DNA of 58,666 nucleotides. It comes from a virus. Its lineage: Duplodnaviria > Caudoviricetes. Position 1 is the first letter of the stretch, and each line of letters opens with the position of its first letter. The notes below the pieces were generated by a model. The model was not told the DNA's origin, made no database searches, and saw nothing but the letters and a program-made list of their open reading frames with translations. The DNA lies in the IMG/VR virus record IMGVR_UViG_3300028383_000267, positions 1-58,666 of that record, one strand, 5' to 3'. The translations under genes were made by a program, and so were the position numbers. Below are positions 57,171 to 58,666 of the stretch, piece by piece.

Positions 57171-57727
57171 TTACCGGGGAGCAAACTCCTGTTGTAGTTT
57201 AATATTGTGAAAGAATTCTTCTTTTACACTTGCGTCTTTCATAAACGCACCTTCCAACACTGTTGTTTGTGTAAGCGAAGAGTGTGCCATAATGCCTCTA
57301 TTTTCGCAGCAACCATGCGTACACTGTATATATACGCCCACATTTTCTGACCCCGTTGCTTGCATAATTTCTCTTGCAATATCATTAGCAAGTTCTTCCT
57401 GCAGAGTACCACGACGCGCACACCATTGCGCAATTCGAGTATATTTAGAAAGTCCTATTAGCTTTTCTGCGGCAATAATGCCAATATATGCTACACCTGT
57501 AACAGGCTGGTGATGATGCGAACACACAGAACGCAGTTCAGAACGCACTACCAGCATTCCTTCGTATCCATCTTTGGGATTGTTAGGAAAAGCAGTGGCG
57601 TTAGGCTGCGGATAATAGCGTCCACTCATCAATTCGTTTCTTCAATATAATCTGCGATATTATCGCCTGCCCAGTAGCGAGCATTGTTGTCTTCCAGTCT
57701 TTGTTTAATTTTGTCTGATGTTTTCAA
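57171..57727 (-). pseudogene. folE: GTP cyclohydrolase I, split by an internal deletion/frameshift
   Basis: The 3' part has SVCSHH, GLSK..R, RR..LQE, H.CC..RG, EFF. The 5' part, TTG 57727 MKTSDKIKQRL..YWAGDNI.DYIEETN*, has its own RBS but is out of frame. The usual T..R.A.MY helix is absent. Confidence 0.8.
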
Positions 57728-57767
57728 TATTTTCTCCGAGTTATAGACGAGGATGTCTATTATTACT

Positions 57768-57796
57768 ATTATAGATTGTATTTAGGTCGTTGTCAA
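57768..57796 (-). promoter_or_regulatory. Consensus sigma70 promoter with a nested late-type TAAATA
   Basis: TTGACA-acgacctaaatacaatc (17 nt)-TATAAT upstream of folE. Confidence 0.8.
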
Positions 57797-57811
57797 GAAA
57801 AAGGATAAAAA

Positions 57812-58075
57812 CTATCCTCTTCTTCCTAGAATTGGCGTTCTACCCGCTTCTAGTTGAACATCTTCCAAGCCCATATAGGTATACAGTGCTTCAAGTTTGT
57901 CATGATAGTCAGCAACTTCTGCTAGTTCTTTTTCTAGTTCTTCTAGTATATCACCGTTGTTGCCAACACCTGCTGCGTTAGTAGCAAGTATTTCTGCGTT
58001 TGCTCTGTGCTTTTCAATGTGTCCTACAAAGTGGGCTTCAGCAGCCAACAGAACTTCCGATCTCATATTCTTCAT
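57812..58075 (-). CDS. Hypothetical phage protein (helical)
   Basis: AAGGAG RBS before the ATG at 58075; G.IEKH.AN.E.L....AGVG...DI.E..EKEL..VA.Y.D.LE. Confidence 0.7.
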   Translation of the reverse strand: MKNMRSEVLLAAEAHFVGHIEKHRANAEILATNAAGVGNNGDILEELEKELAEVADYHDKLEALYTYMGLEDVQLEAGRTPILGRRG

Positions 58076-58454
58076 TGTCGTCTCCTTTTTTGTAATTTCC
58101 CATGTGAGGAATGACATGTCTTACACCGCCTCTTGGGTCTGACATGTCTCCTGTTCGTCTTGGTATAAGGTGGATGTGGGGATAGGCAATAGTCTGTCCC
58201 GCTGCTTCTCCTACATTCATGCCCATGTTAAAAGCATCACAGTAGCCTCTATCTACCCAGTCTGTTCCCCACTTGTAAGCAGCTTCCCAGCACTTTGTGA
58301 CATCATGCCAATCTTCCTGTTTTGGTACAAAAAGAACATGTCCTTCTGTGACAGGATAAGCATCTCGAAACACTGTGTAATCTCTAGTTTCTACTAGCAC
58401 ATCCTGCCAAGGAGTATCACCAGCTTTGTGTGCTTCATCAAGTGTTCGGGTCAT
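58038..58454 (-). CDS. HIT-family nucleotide hydrolase
   Basis: D.YPVT.GH.LFVPK, N.GEAAGQT..YPHIHLIPRR.GD..DPRGGVR. Confidence 0.9.
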   Translation of the reverse strand: MTRTLDEAHKAGDTPWQDVLVETRDYTVFRDAYPVTEGHVLFVPKQEDWHDVTKCWEAAYKWGTDWVDRGYCDAFNMGMNVGEAAGQTIAYPHIHLIPRRTGDMSDPRGGVRHVIPHMGNYKKGDDNEEYEIGSSVGC

Positions 58455-58638
58455 ATTCTACTACCTTTACTAATTCTTCTTTGCCAGGCAAACGCCAAAA
58501 GTCTGCTGCTCTTTCTGCTTCTTCTTGTGTATCAAAGATTTTTACAGAAGGCGCGCTAAAATCCATTCCTTCAACAAATTCTGTGACGTAGACATAATCG
58601 TTTTCTGACATAGGAACCATAATCGCCCACTTAGTCAC
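58438..58638 (-). CDS. Hypothetical protein
   Basis: GTG at 58638 with GGAG upstream; FDT.EEAE.AA motif. Confidence 0.6.
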   Translation of the reverse strand: MTKWAIMVPMSENDYVYVTEFVEGMDFSAPSVKIFDTQEEAERAADFWRLPGKEELVKVVEYDPNT

Positions 58639-58666
58639 GATATTCTCCCACACATTCCCAGGGGTA
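58631..58666 (-). CDS. 3' end of an upstream gene (YPWECVGEYRD*), possibly a phosphoribosyltransferase
   Basis: Open to the window edge; a terminal PWE is typical of purine phosphoribosyltransferases, but only 11 residues are visible. Confidence 0.3.
   Translation of the reverse strand, partial: YPWECVGEYRD

Overview
This window is part of a large tailed-phage genome (jumbo myovirus-like; assigned from tail/baseplate genes, T4-type TAAATA late-promoter motifs, an RNase H/5'-3' exonuclease and queE/folE). It has three parts. (1) 1-7867: acidic tail/baseplate/fibre structural genes. (2) About 7.9-46.2 kb: a mostly AT-rich, tightly coupled tailoring-enzyme cluster of about 45 genes that starts at a perfect sigma70 promoter and lies between tail genes. 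It encodes 8 radical SAM proteins (six with an N-terminal Cys-rich Twitch/SPASM-like domain), several glycosyltransferase-like proteins, a nucleotide-sugar dehydrogenase, 3 PLP enzymes, an amidinotransferase, a carbamoyltransferase, 4 tandem nitroreductase-fold proteins, about 6 Fe(II)/2OG-type oxygenases, 2 SDRs, 2 methyltransferases, a sulfotransferase, a membrane desaturase and an FMN reductase. (3) 46.2-58.7 kb, minus strand: core genes (tail protein, VWA/metallopeptidase plus MoxR AAA ATPase, RNase H, queE, folE, HIT). The ORF track misses a decayed copy of the sugar dehydrogenase and several genes that look internally collapsed or frameshifted, including folE and queE. I saw no tRNA, rRNA, CRISPR array or transposase. 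All product calls come from motifs read by eye, not from database searches.
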